Assembly: GCA_963821355.1 (NCBI GenBank)
Contig: CAWGDO010000003.1
Span: forward strand, 10,981 to 74,980
Reading direction: 5' to 3'
DNA length: 64,000 nucleotides
Origin: an uncultured Actinomycetes bacterium
Lineage (GTDB): Bacteria; Actinomycetota; Thermoleophilia; Solirubrobacterales; Solirubrobacteraceae
The notes under the pieces were generated by a model. That model was not told the DNA's origin, did no database searches, and saw only the letters and a list, made by a program, of their open reading frames with translations. This document shows, one piece after another, positions 50,623-62,961 of this stretch (position 1 is its first letter; every line of letters begins with the position of its first letter). Made by a program: the position numbers and the translations under genes.

Positions 50623-51356
50623 GTCCCGGGGTCGCCGCAGCCACCGCCGCCCGCGTGCTCACCCAACTGTGGCGCGACCCACGAACAATTGCGCTGCTGC
50701 TGGTCGTCCCGTGCGCGCTGGTCACGCTCCTGAAGTACGTCTTCGCCTCGCGCCCATTGGCCTTTCAGGCCATCGGCGGCCCGCTGCTCGGCCTGTTCCC
50801 CTTCATCACGATGTTCCTCGTCACCTCGATCACCATGCTGCGCGAGCGCACCACCGGTACGCTCGAGCGGCTGATGAGCATGCCGTTGGGCAAGCTCGAC
50901 CTGCTCCTGGGATACGGGGTCGCCTTCGCGGCCGTTGCGATCGTCCAGGCCGTCACGGTGAGCCTCCTGGCCTTCGGCGCGTTGGGCCTCGACACGGCCG
51001 GGTCCGTGGGCGCCGTCATCGCGCTCGCGGTCGCCAACGCGGTTCTGGGGATGGCGCTCGGCCTCTTCGTGTCGGCGTTCGCGACCACCGAGTTCCAGGC
51101 CGTCCAGTTCATGCCCGCCGTCGTGTTCCCGCAGCTGCTGCTGTGCGGATTGTTCATCTCGCGCACGGAGATGGCGGCGGGCCTGCGCTGGGCGTCGGAC
51201 GCCCTCCCCCTCACCTACGCGTACGACGCGCTCGACCGCGTCACGAGCCAGGGAGCGCTCGGATCGCGCGGCGCCATCGACGTGGTCGTCGTCTTCGGGG
51301 CCACCGTCCTCGCACTCGCGCTCGGTGCGGCGACGCTGCGTAGGCGCACGCCCTGA
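50619..51356 (+). CDS. ABC-2 type transporter permease
   Basis: Six TM helices. ATGA overlap with the ATPase gene. Confidence 0.8.
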   Translation: MSPGVAAATAARVLTQLWRDPRTIALLLVVPCALVTLLKYVFASRPLAFQAIGGPLLGLFPFITMFLVTSITMLRERTTGTLERLMSMPLGKLDLLLGYGVAFAAVAIVQAVTVSLLAFGALGLDTAGSVGAVIALAVANAVLGMALGLFVSAFATTEFQAVQFMPAVVFPQLLLCGLFISRTEMAAGLRWASDALPLTYAYDALDRVTSQGALGSRGAIDVVVVFGATVLALALGAATLRRRTP

Positions 51357-51361
51357 CTAAC

Positions 51362-52009
51362 CTAGTCGTCTTCGGTCCAGGTCAGCTCCGACCGCACGGT
51401 GACGACGCCCGGCACCTTGGCGACGAGCTTCGGCAGGATGTCGGCCTCGGTGCGCCGGCGGACGCTGCCCGCGAGCGTCGTCTCGCCGTTACGGACCTGC
51501 ACGTCGATCGTGCCGTTCTCGAGCCCGAGCGCCTCGTGCAGGGAGACCTGCTCGCTGATCTCGCGGGCGATCTCCTCGTCGGTGCGCGCGAACGCGCGCA
51601 CGAGGTCCGCGCGGGTGACGATCCCGACGAGCCGCCCCTGATGGACCACCGGAAGGCGGTTGACACCGTGCTCGAGCATGATCTGCGCGGCTGAGGGGAT
51701 CGTCCAGAACGGCTCGATCGTGATCGCGGGCGATGTCATCGCCTCGCCGGCGGTCCGGGCGGCGGCCTTGGCTGCCGCCTCGGGATCGCGACGCGCGACC
51801 AACCGCGCCAGCGGGCCCGGCTCCTCGGGCTCCGGGCGCTCCTTGGCCAGGACGTCGGCCTCGGAGACCACTCCGACGACCTCGCCGTCGTCGCCGACGA
51901 CCGGCAGGCCGGAGATGCCACGCGCGACGAGCGCGCGCGCGACGTCCTTCAGCGATGCCCCAGGCGCGACGGTGGTGACGTCGCGCGTCATGACCTCTTG
52001 CACTCTCAT
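51362..52009 (-). CDS. CBS-pair + BON-domain protein (hypoxic-response-protein-like)
   Basis: Two CBS motifs (MTRDVTTV..., ...GRLVGIVTRADL) followed by a BON-like C-terminus. Relates to Mtb Hrp1/Rv2626c. Confidence 0.75.
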   Translation of the reverse strand: MRVQEVMTRDVTTVAPGASLKDVARALVARGISGLPVVGDDGEVVGVVSEADVLAKERPEPEEPGPLARLVARRDPEAAAKAAARTAGEAMTSPAITIEPFWTIPSAAQIMLEHGVNRLPVVHQGRLVGIVTRADLVRAFARTDEEIAREISEQVSLHEALGLENGTIDVQVRNGETTLAGSVRRRTEADILPKLVAKVPGVVTVRSELTWTEDD

Positions 52010-52021
52010 GCGCCGACCTTG

Positions 52022-52888
52022 TCAATCATTCGGCGACATGCCATCCGGCGTCACCACTGCCCCGGGTCGGGAGTTCCCACGGATCTTCGCGCCGGCTCCG
52101 CGCGCAACGATTATCACCGGGCACGCCGCTGTCCGGATCAGGCGACCCGACGTGGCGCCCGCCAGCACCGCGTGCAGCGGTCCGTAGCCGCGCGAGCCGG
52201 TGACGAGCAGATCGAGCGAGGACGAGGCGCGCGCGAGCTCGTCGACCGGCTCGCCGCTGCGCACCAGCGGCCGAGCCTGCACGGCGGGGTCGAGCCGCGC
52301 GACGACGCGCGACAGGTCATCGGCGGCGCCGCTTTCGCCGGGCGGCTCGACGACGCGAATGACGTCCAGCCGGGCGCCGAGCCGGCGGGCGACGTCCTCG
52401 GCCGTCGCGAGCGCTCGGTGCGCCTCCGCCGAGCCGTCGTAGGCGCAGCCCACCGCCGCGAAGGGCACGTCCCCGCGCTCGCCGTATCCGCGTGGCGCGA
52501 TCGCAACCGGACACGGCGCGCTGTGAAGCAGGTGCTCGCCCGTGCTCCCGGGCAGGATCCGGCGCAGCGCGCAGGCGTGGCTCGAGCCGACCACGATAAG
52601 CGCCGCGCGCTCCTCGGTCGCGACCTCCTGGAGCCCCCAAGCCGGATGAGCGGCCGCGACGGCGCGGGTCACGGTTCCAGGCGAGCCGGAAAGACGGGCG
52701 AGGGTCGCCTCGGCGTCTGCTCGCAATGCCCGCGGGTAGGCCGCGCCACCCTCGCCTGCGTAGACTGGATCGCCGGGGTAGACGCACACGAGCAGCAGCC
52801 TGGCCGAGGGCTCGGCGAGGCCCCGTGCGAGCGCAAGCGCGTCGACGGAACGCTCGGAATCCTCGACGCCTACGACGACCGTTTCCAT
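52022..52888 (-). CDS. Universal stress protein, tandem UspA domains
   Basis: METVVVGVEDSERSVDALALARGL...GSRGYGPLHAVLAGATSGRLIRTAACPVIIV. Confidence 0.8.
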   Translation of the reverse strand: METVVVGVEDSERSVDALALARGLAEPSARLLLVCVYPGDPVYAGEGGAAYPRALRADAEATLARLSGSPGTVTRAVAAAHPAWGLQEVATEERAALIVVGSSHACALRRILPGSTGEHLLHSAPCPVAIAPRGYGERGDVPFAAVGCAYDGSAEAHRALATAEDVARRLGARLDVIRVVEPPGESGAADDLSRVVARLDPAVQARPLVRSGEPVDELARASSSLDLLVTGSRGYGPLHAVLAGATSGRLIRTAACPVIIVARGAGAKIRGNSRPGAVVTPDGMSPND

Positions 52889-53072
52889 CGCGCTCCTCCT
52901 CATCAGCGACCTTAGAGCGACGCGCCGGGCAGCGCCACCGTATTGGACCGCCACGCACCGGCGCGCCCGCAGTGCATGGGTACTTCTCCGCACGGCCCTG
53001 CGTGCAAGGGCGGATGCCGGCCGCGCGACGGAGCGCAAAGCTCGCGGTGAACTTCAAATCCGGGAGGTCGTC

Positions 53073-53525
53073 ATGACCACGAGGATCCAGCCCTACCAGG
53101 GCAGCTACCTGACACCGAGCTTCGAGACAGCCACCGTCGCCGACGCGATGCGCACCGGGGTGATGAGCTGCCCGCCCGACGTGGCGGCGAGCGTCGTCGC
53201 TCGGATGATGGCGACCTACCACATCCATTCCGTCGTCGTCGAGGGCGTTTACCAGGACCCCATCCATGGCGAGCAGCTGAAATGGGGCGTCGTCTCCGAC
53301 ATGGATCTGCTGCGCGCGGCACGCGCGGGCATCGAGGAGCTGACGGCAGGAGAGATCGCCATCACCGAGGCCGTCACCGTCGAGCCCACGCGTGCGCTCG
53401 ACGAGGCAGCGCGCCTGATGGACGAGCACGAAACCGCGCACCTGATCGTCGTCGACCGTGGGCGGCCCGTGGGGATCCTCTCCACGCTGGACGTCGCCGG
53501 CGTGCTGGCGTGGGGCCGCACGTGA
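53073..53525 (+). CDS. CBS-domain pair protein
   Basis: Two CBS motifs (...HSVVVEG..., ...GRPVGILSTLDV). Confidence 0.75.
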   Translation: MTTRIQPYQGSYLTPSFETATVADAMRTGVMSCPPDVAASVVARMMATYHIHSVVVEGVYQDPIHGEQLKWGVVSDMDLLRAARAGIEELTAGEIAITEAVTVEPTRALDEAARLMDEHETAHLIVVDRGRPVGILSTLDVAGVLAWGRT

Positions 53526-53541
53526 GGAGGTGACGCATCAC

Positions 53542-53970
53542 ATGCCGACGACACATCCACGTATCCTCGACCGCAGCGTCCAGAAGACCAACATCTGGCT
53601 GAGGGACCTCTGTGACGAGCTCGAGTCCGGCGACCGTCAGTACGCCTACCGCGTCCTGCGCGCCTTCCTGCACGCGTTGCGCGATCGCATCCCGGTCGAC
53701 GAGTCCGCGCAGCTGGCCGCGCAGCTGCCGCTGATCGTCCGCGGCGTCTACTACGACGGCTGGGTGCCCGCCCACACGCCGCAGACCTACCACGATCTGC
53801 GCACCTTCCTCGACCGCGTCGCCGCCGAGGCGAACCTCGCGGGCGACACGGAGGCGCTGTTCGCGGCGAGCGCAGCGGCGCGCGTGCTGCGCGCCCACGT
53901 GTCCGGTGGGGAGGTCGACGACGTCGTGAGCGTGCTGCCGCCACCCGTGCGCGAGATCTTCGCCGGTTAG
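53542..53970 (+). CDS. DUF2267-family protein
   Basis: GGAGG Shine-Dalgarno sequence 12 nt upstream. ...FLHALRDRIPVDESAQLAAQLP... matches the DUF2267 helical-repeat pattern. Confidence 0.6.
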   Translation: MPTTHPRILDRSVQKTNIWLRDLCDELESGDRQYAYRVLRAFLHALRDRIPVDESAQLAAQLPLIVRGVYYDGWVPAHTPQTYHDLRTFLDRVAAEANLAGDTEALFAASAAARVLRAHVSGGEVDDVVSVLPPPVREIFAG

Positions 53971-53993
53971 GCGCGCGGCGTTAGGGTGCGGCC

Positions 53994-54413
53994 GTGCCGT
54001 CGCTCCTGCAGCGCTTCCGGCGCATCGTCGCACCCCCGGGTCGTCCCGGCGAGGCCGTTGGCGTGCCCGCGTCCGGCACCGAGCTGGAGGGCGAGCTCGA
54101 ACCGGTGCTCGAGCGCCTCGACGACGTCGACGCCGAGGCATCCGAGATCGAGGCGCAGGCCACCGCCGAGGCCGAGCGCAGGCGTGAGGAGGCCGCTCGC
54201 AAGGCAGAGGCGATCCTTGCGGAGGCGCGGGTCGCGGCGGAGGCCGAGCGCGCCCGGGCCGCAGGCGAGCTGCGGACCGCGGCAGAGCACGATGCCGCCG
54301 CCGAACGCGAGGGCGCCGCGCGTGAGGTCGAGCGGATCGAGGCCGTCCGCGAGGAGCGCCTGGCACAGCTGGTCGGCGAGGTGGTCGCATGCGTGCTGCA
54401 CAGCGGGCACTGA
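53994..54413 (+). CDS. A/V-type ATPase peripheral-stalk subunit (G/H-like, coiled-coil)
   Basis: Highly charged Ala/Glu/Arg coiled-coil (AEAERRREEAARKAEAILAEARVAAEAERARAAGEL). First gene of the atp cluster. Start uncertain. Confidence 0.45.
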   Translation: MPSLLQRFRRIVAPPGRPGEAVGVPASGTELEGELEPVLERLDDVDAEASEIEAQATAEAERRREEAARKAEAILAEARVAAEAERARAAGELRTAAEHDAAAEREGAAREVERIEAVREERLAQLVGEVVACVLHSGH

Positions 54414-55336
54414 CCCCGGGGTGGGTCGCGGGGAGCGTTCGCGCCCGCAACATGCTCGCGCGGCGCATCGGGCGCGAGCAGGCACGCCGGCTGGCCGTGG
54501 CGGGCTCGCTCGACGATGCGCTGGCCGAGCTGTCCGCCAGTGCCTACGGGCGCTTCGTGCAGCCCGGGATGGACCTCGCGCGCGCGCAGCGCGGAATCGC
54601 CGAGACCGCCCTCTGGCACGTGCGCGTGCTCGCCGGCTGGTCGCCTCCGGGGGCGATCGAGGCGATCCGAGCGCTCGCGGCCTGGTTCGAGCTTGCCAAC
54701 ATCGAAGACCACCTCGTGTATCTGGCCGGCGGCGAGGCCCCGACGCCATTCGTGCTCGGCGGGCTGGCCACCGCCTGGGAGCGCGTGGCCGAGACTCGCA
54801 CGCCGTCCGAGGCCCGGGCTGCCCTCGCAGGCTCGCCGTGGGGCGACCCGGGAGCGGACGACCTCGCCGGCGTGCTGCTCGGCCTGCGGCTGGCATGGGC
54901 GCGCCGTCTGCTGGACAGCCTCGACGACGTCGGCCCGTGGGTGCAGGGAGCGGTCGCGCTGCTGGTCGCCCGCGAGCTCTTCCTGGCCGGCCGCGCCCCG
55001 GACGAGCTGCTCGCGCGCCGACCGCGGGACATCGGCACCGCGTGGGCCCAGGCAGGGAGCCTGCGTGCCCTGCGCGATGCGCTTCCCGCCGAGGCGGCCT
55101 GGGTGCTCGACGGCGTCGAAGAACCGGCGGACCTGTGGAGCGCTGAGGTCGCGTGGTGGCGCCGCGTTGAGCTCGACGCCGAGGCCCTCGCCCATGCGCC
55201 GCTGATGGGCGAGCAGTGGGTCGTGGGCACCATCGTCCTGCTGGGTGTCGACGCATGGCGCGCCGCGGGCGCGCTGGAGTCCGCCGCGCGCGGCGGCACG
55301 GCCGACGCCCTGGAGGTGTTCGACCGCATTGGCTGA
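54389..55336 (+). CDS. atpC: A/V-type ATPase subunit C (d)
   Basis: ~315-aa helical protein placed where subunit C sits in A/V operons. Weak family-level similarity. Confidence 0.55.
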   Translation: MRAAQRALTPGWVAGSVRARNMLARRIGREQARRLAVAGSLDDALAELSASAYGRFVQPGMDLARAQRGIAETALWHVRVLAGWSPPGAIEAIRALAAWFELANIEDHLVYLAGGEAPTPFVLGGLATAWERVAETRTPSEARAALAGSPWGDPGADDLAGVLLGLRLAWARRLLDSLDDVGPWVQGAVALLVARELFLAGRAPDELLARRPRDIGTAWAQAGSLRALRDALPAEAAWVLDGVEEPADLWSAEVAWWRRVELDAEALAHAPLMGEQWVVGTIVLLGVDAWRAAGALESAARGGTADALEVFDRIG

Positions 55337-55355
55337 CCACCGCTCCCCAACACCG

Positions 55356-57359
<2,004 letters not shown>

Positions 57360-57363
<4 letters not shown>

Positions 57364-57860
57364 GCTTGGGCACGGCCCGCGACGCGCTGCTCGACGACGC
57401 GCGCCGCCAGGCGCAGGAGATCGTCGCCGCCGGAGAGGCCGAGGCCGACCAGCGCCTGCGCGCGGCACGGCGCGACGCCGACGAGCTGCTCGCGCGCGCC
57501 CGCGCGGAGGGCGAGGCCGAGGGCCGGCGCGCGGCCATCCGCGCGCAGGCCCGGCAGCGCTTCGGCGCGCACATGCAGGTGCTCGCGGCCCGCCGGGCGT
57601 CCTACGACGCGCTTGCGCAGCGCGCCCGCGCCGACGCGCTGGCGCTGCGCGCGGAGCCCGGCTATCCGCAGCTGCTCGAGCTGCTCACCGCGGCGGCCCG
57701 CGCCGACCTCGGCGCCGACGCCGAGGTGACCGTCGATCCGCCCGGACTCGGGGGCGTGATCGCGCGGGCGGGCACGCGCGCGGTCGACTACACCCTGGTC
57801 GCGATCGCCGAGCGCTGCGTGCAGGACCTCGGGCCGCGGGTGGCGGAGCTGTGGAGCTGA
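57360..57860 (+). CDS. atpE: A/V-type ATPase subunit E
   Basis: N-terminal charged coiled-coil typical of subunit E, and operon position. Confidence 0.55.
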
Positions 57861-59583
57861 CCGCGCCCACCGTCACCCGTGTCAGCGGGCCCGTGGTCGA
57901 GATCGCGGGCATGGCGGGCGCTCACCTGCTCGACCTCGTCGAGGTCGGCCCCGATCGCCTCGCCGGCGAGGTCATCTCGCTGAGCGGCGAGGCGGCGGTC
58001 GTCCAGCTTCACGAGTACACCGGCGGCCTGGGACCCGGCACCGAGGCGCGGCTGGGCACCGGGCCGCTGACCGCCGAGCTCGGACCAGGGCTGCTCGGGG
58101 CGGTGTTCGACGGGATGCTGCGACGGCTCGACGCGCTCGGCGACCGACTTCCTCCCGGGACGCGAAGCCGCGACCCTGCCCCTCGAGCGCCGCTGGCACT
58201 TCACCCCGGCCGCGAGCGAGGGCGCACACGCCGGCGCCGGGACCGTGCTCGGCACGGTGCCCGAGAGCGAGGCGATCGTGGCGCGCGTGCTCGTGCCCCC
58301 GCACGTCGCCGGGACGATCGAGTGGCTCGCGCCGGAAGGCGACTACACGGTCGCCGAGCCCGTCGCCCGGATCGACGGCCACGACGTCCGGCTGTCGCAC
58401 CCGTGGCCGCTGCGCCGGCCGCGGCCCAGTGGGATCCGACTCGAAGCGTCGGTGCCGCTGAGCACCGGGCAGCGCGCGCTGGACCTACTCTTCCCGGTCG
58501 CGCGCGGGTCGACGGCCTCGGTGCCGGGCGGCTTCGGCACCGGCAAGACCGTGCTGCTGCAGCAGGTGGCCAAGTGGTGCGACGCGGACGTGATCGTCTA
58601 CGTCAGCTGCGGCGAGCGCGGCAACGAGCTGGCCGACGTCCTGCACGAGATCGCGACGCTCGAGGACCCGCGGACCGGGCGCTCGCTGCTGGACCGCACG
58701 GTGCTCGTCGCCAACACCTCGAACATGCCGCTGATGGCGCGCGAGGTCAGCGTCCACGCGGGCGTGACGGTGGCCGAGCTCTACCGCGACATGGGCTACG
58801 ACGCGCTCGTCATCGCCGACTCGACGTCGCGCTGGGCGGAGGCGCTGCGGGAGATCGCGTCGCGCACCGGGGAGCTGCCCGCCGAGGAGGGCTATCCGGC
58901 GAGCCTCGCGCCGACGCTCGCCTCGTTCTACGAGCGCGCGGCGCGCGTGCAGACGCTGGCCGGCGCGGTCGGCTCGGTGACCATCCTCGGCGCGATCTCG
59001 CCGCCCGGCGGCGACATGGCCGAGCCGGTGACCGCACACACCGAGCGCTTCGTGCGCGCGGTCTGGTCGCTTGATCGCGACCTCGCCTACGCGCGCCACT
59101 ACCCGGCCGTGAGCTGGACCGCCTCGACGTCACGCGACGTCGCCCAGGTGTCGCGTTGGCACGCCGACGAGGGCGGCGACGCCGCGTGGGGCGAGCGCCG
59201 CGCGCGAGCGGTCGCGCTGCTGGCCGAGGCCGATCGCGTGCTGGCGGTCGCCGAGCTCGTCGGGGCGGCCTCGCTGCCCGATCGCGAGCGCGTCGTGCTG
59301 CTCACCGGCCGCCTGCTGCGCGAGGCGGTGCTGCAGCAGAACGCGCTCAGCGACAACGACGTCTGGTCCGCGCGCGCCCAAGCAGGCCGCGCTGCTGGCG
59401 ATGGTGCTGGCCATCCACGACCGCGCGATTGAGCTGATCGGCGCGGGGGTGCCCGGCGCGCGCATCGAGGAGCTCGACTTCTCCGACGCCGCGCGAGCGC
59501 GCGACCGCGCGGGCCCCGAGGACGCCGCCGGCGTCGACGCGATCTCGCGACGAGCTTTGGTGCGCATGGAGGCGCTCTCGTGA
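57851..59583 (+). pseudogene. atpA: A/V-type ATPase catalytic subunit A, disrupted by two +1 frame shifts (~58148 and ~59379)
   Basis: Aligns end-to-end with Thermus AtpA across three frames: ..GPGLLGAVFDGMLRRL.. | ..LGTVPE..GGFGTGKT (Walker A)..VYVSCGERGNE..DSTSRWAEALREI..PPGGDMAEPVT.. | ..KQAALLAMVLAIHDRAIELIGAGV... GTG start. Confidence 0.7.
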
Positions 59584-59631
59584 GGGCCCCGGTCGAGCAC
59601 ACGCGCGTGGACTCCGTCCGCGGCCCGCTGC

Positions 59632-60959
59632 ATGGTCGTCGGTGACGTCGCGGGCGTCGGCTGGGACGAGATCGCCGAGATCCGCCTGGCCTCAGGCGAG
59701 CGGCGCCACGGTGTCGTCCTCGACGTCCACGACGACCTGGCGGTGATCCAGGTCGTCGAGGGGACCGACGGCGTCGGGACCGACGGGGCTGCGGGTGGCG
59801 TTCACCGGCGCGCCGCTGCGCGTCCCGGTCGGGGAGGACTGGCTGGGCCGCGTGTGCAACGGCCGCGGCGAGCCGCTCGACGGCGGCCCGCCGATCCTCG
59901 GTGAGCTGCGCGCAGGTCGCCGGCGACCCCATCAACCCGTGGCGGCGCGACGCCCCGAGCGAGCCGGTGCTCACCGGAGTGTCGGCGATCGACGGCCTGG
60001 CCACGCTCGTGCGCGGACAGAAGCTCCCGATCTTCTCGGTCGGCGGCCTGCCGCACCTCGAGCTGGCCGCTCAGATCGCAGCGCAGGCCCGCGCCGGCGA
60101 GGGCGAGCCGTTCGCGGTGGTCTTCGCCGCGATCGGGATCACCCACGCCGACGCGGCGGAGGTCGATGCCATCCTCGCCACGCGCGCCGAGGGCGACCTC
60201 GTCGTGCTGCTCAACACGGCCGACGACCCGCTCGTCGAGCGGCTCGTCACGCCGCAGATCGCCCTCACCGTGGCCGAGCACCTGGCCTTCGAGCGTGGCC
60301 GCCACGTGCTCGTCGTGATGGCCGACCTCACCAGCTACTGCGAGGCGCTGCGCGAGGTCGCCGCCTCGCGCGGCGAGATCCCGTCGCGGCGCGGCTATCC
60401 CGGCCACCTGTACAGCGACCTGGCGGCGCTGCTCGAGCGCGCCGGCAGGATCAAGGAAAAGCGGGGCTCGGTGACACAGCTTCCGGTCCTGACCATGCCC
60501 GCCGGCGATGTCAACCACCCGGTTCCCGACACCGTCGGCTACATCACCGAGGGCCAGCTCGTGCTGGCGCCCGAGCTGCACGCGCAGGGCATCTACCCGC
60601 CCTTCGACCCCCTCGGCTCGCTCTCGCGTTTGATGCGCCTGGGCGCCGGCCCGCGGCGCACGCGCGACGATCACCTCGAGCTGGCAGCGCAGCTCTATTC
60701 CCTGGCGGCCGAGGCGCGCCGCGCCCGCGAGCTCGCCGAGGTGCTCGGCGAAGACGCGCTGTCCGACGCCGAGCGCCGCCGCCTCGCGTTCGCGCAGGCG
60801 CTGAACGCCGACTTCATCGGGCAGGAGCGCGGCGAGCGGCGATCGCTCGAGGAGACCCTGGATCGCGGCTGGAGAGTCGTGTCGCGGCTGCCGCGCGCCG
60901 AGCTGACGATGCTCTCCGACGCCTCGCTCGACGCCCACTACGACGGGGCCGGCCGATGA
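59632..60959 (+). pseudogene. atpB: A/V-type ATPase subunit B, disrupted by two +1 frame shifts (~59787 in a GGGG run and ~59915)
   Basis: Three frames together align with Thermus AtpB: MVVGDV..AVIQVVEGTDGVG | ..TGAPLRVPVGEDWLGRVCNGRGEPLDGGPP.. | ..TGVSAIDGLATLVRGQKLPIFS..FAAIGI..ADLTSYCEALREV..GYPGHLYSDLA..GSVTQLPVLTMPAGDVNHPVPD... Confidence 0.7.
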
Positions 60960-61570
60960 AGGTCCGCCATCCACCCGGCCGCGCGGGCCGCCCGTGGCTC
61001 GTCCACCGCCTCGCGGTCGCGCGCCGCGGCGCTGAGCTGCTCGACGAGAAGTTCCGCGCGCTTGCGCGCGAGCACGCCCGGCTGGAGCCGCAGGCCGCCC
61101 AGGCAGGCGCCGAATGGGAGCACAGCGCGCGCGAGGCCGAGCGCTGGCTGACGCGCGCGGCGGTGATGAGCGGCGAGCGCCAGCTCGCGCTCGCCGCCGC
61201 GGCGATCCCCGCGCCCGCGTCGGTGACCGTCGGCTGGCGCGCGATCCTCGGCGTCAGCTGCCCCGCCGACGCCACGGTCGCTCGCGGCTCCGAGGCCTCG
61301 CTCGCCGGCGGCGCCGCGCTGCTGTGCGCCGCCGAGGCGCATCGGGGCGCGCTGGAGCGCGCGCTCGCCGCAGCGGTGGCCGAGGGCGCGCTGCGGCGGA
61401 TCGAGGCCGAGCTGCGCGCCACGCGGCTGCGCCGCAACGCGATCGTCCACACGTGGATCCCGGCTCACGAGAAGGCGCTCAGGACGCTCGAGCTCGCGCT
61501 CGAGGAGCTCGAGCGCGAGGATGGCGTCGCGCCTGCGGCGGGTCACGCAGCGGGCATAGGCGCGGCGAGC
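60956..61570 (+). CDS. atpD: A/V-type ATPase subunit D (3' end uncertain)
   Basis: ATGA overlap with atpB. MKVRH...LDEKFRAL...TRLRRNAIVHTWIPAHEKALRTLELALEELERE matches the subunit D coiled-coil pattern. No in-frame stop is seen, so the end may hide another frameshift. Confidence 0.5.
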
Positions 61571-62024
61571 TCGGCGGCGATCCGGTCGACGAGGGGATCG
61601 ATGCACGCCGCCACCGGATCGGTGATCTCGGTGCCGACCACGGTCGATCCGGGCTGGGCACCGTGCAGCACGAGCTCCTGGGGCCAGGCGCCGCTGAGCC
61701 GTGCCGCGCCGAGCAGGTCGGCCAGGCCATCGCGGCCATCGCCGCAGAAGCGCATGAAGCTGCGCCGGCTGACGCCGCGCTCGGTCAGCCGCTGTTCGAG
61801 CACGCGTGCCGATCCTAACCCGCGTCAGGCGCGGATCGCGAGGGTGATAAGCGGCCGCCGCTGTGCAGCAGACCGTGGTGGCGGCCTGTGGTGCCGGAGG
61901 TCAGCTCGCCGCGCTCGACGAGCGTGACACGCAAACCCCGGAGCGCGAGATCGTGCGCCAGGGCACCGCCGGTGCCGCCGCCTCCGACGATCAGGACGTG
62001 AGCGTCATGCCGAGCGGTGGCCAT
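61543..62024 (-). pseudogene. N-terminal remnant of an FAD-dependent glycerol-3-phosphate-dehydrogenase-like (GlpA/GlpD) oxidoreductase
   Basis: [48 protein letters not shown] is the GlpA/GlpD dinucleotide-binding start. The frame is lost after ~70 aa and no C-terminal body is present. Confidence 0.4.
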
Positions 62025-62030
62025 GGCAGA

Positions 62031-62861
62031 TCACTCCGACCCCATCGCTCGGAGCACGTCCAGTGTCGAGACGACTCCCACCGGGAAGCCGTCGCTGTCG
62101 ACGACCACGACGTGGCCGACGGCGGTCTCCGCGACGAGCTGCGCAGCGTGCTCCAGGGTCGTATGTTCGGTGACGGCCGCGAGCCCGGAGCTGGCGAGCT
62201 CTCGGGCGGTGGGCAGGGGCCAGCCCCGCAGCGCGGCGCCGACGAGGTCCATGTCGGTGATGAACGCCATCCCGCCTTCGCGCCACACCATCGCCGTATG
62301 GGTCCGGCGCTCCACGAGCGCGGACGCCACGTCGGTGAGCGGCGCGGTCGACGGGCAGGTGATGATGCCCCGATGCATGACGTCGCGCACGGCGCGGGCG
62401 GCAAGGGGGCGAGGGCTGAGCGCCGGCCGCGCCGGCGATGGACGAACGATCCGCGCGATGCGCGGCTCGTGGCCGGCGAGCACGGCGACGATGTCGAAGC
62501 TCGAGAGCACGCCGCGCGCCCGGCCGTGGCCGTCGTCGCGCACGACGACGTGCCCCTCGCCTGCCTGCACCATGCGCTCGGCAGCAGTGAGCAACGTCTC
62601 GTCAGGGGCGACCGACGCCGGCTCTGGGACGTTCACCTCGCTCGCGCTCGTCGCGCCGGCAAGCCCGGCACGGATGACGTCGCGCGCGGTGATCAGTCGG
62701 GGGGTGCCAGGATCGACGAGCACGGCGTGCACCTGGTGGACGACCATCAGCGTCGCGAGCTCACTGAGTGCAGCGCACGGCGGGCAGGTGACCAGCCCAG
62801 GTGACATGACGGTGTGCGCCTCGATGGTGGCAAGCCGAAAGGCTGCGGTCGTCGTCGTCAT
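62031..62861 (-). CDS. Protein with four CBS domains (two CBS pairs)
   Basis: Four repeats of the CBS pattern (...HQVHAVLVD..., ...GHVVVRDD..GRARGVLSSFDIV, ...MHRGIITC..., ...GHVVVVDSDGFPVGVVSTLDVL). Confidence 0.7.
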   Translation of the reverse strand: MTTTTAAFRLATIEAHTVMSPGLVTCPPCAALSELATLMVVHQVHAVLVDPGTPRLITARDVIRAGLAGATSASEVNVPEPASVAPDETLLTAAERMVQAGEGHVVVRDDGHGRARGVLSSFDIVAVLAGHEPRIARIVRPSPARPALSPRPLAARAVRDVMHRGIITCPSTAPLTDVASALVERRTHTAMVWREGGMAFITDMDLVGAALRGWPLPTARELASSGLAAVTEHTTLEHAAQLVAETAVGHVVVVDSDGFPVGVVSTLDVLRAMGSE

Positions 62862-62961
62862 GATGCGACCGTAGTCCGCGCGGCAGCACCTGCCATCCGC
62901 ATTCAACACGGAGCGCGCAGCCGGAGAAGCACGGACGATCGCGACGGCACATCGTGGTGCA

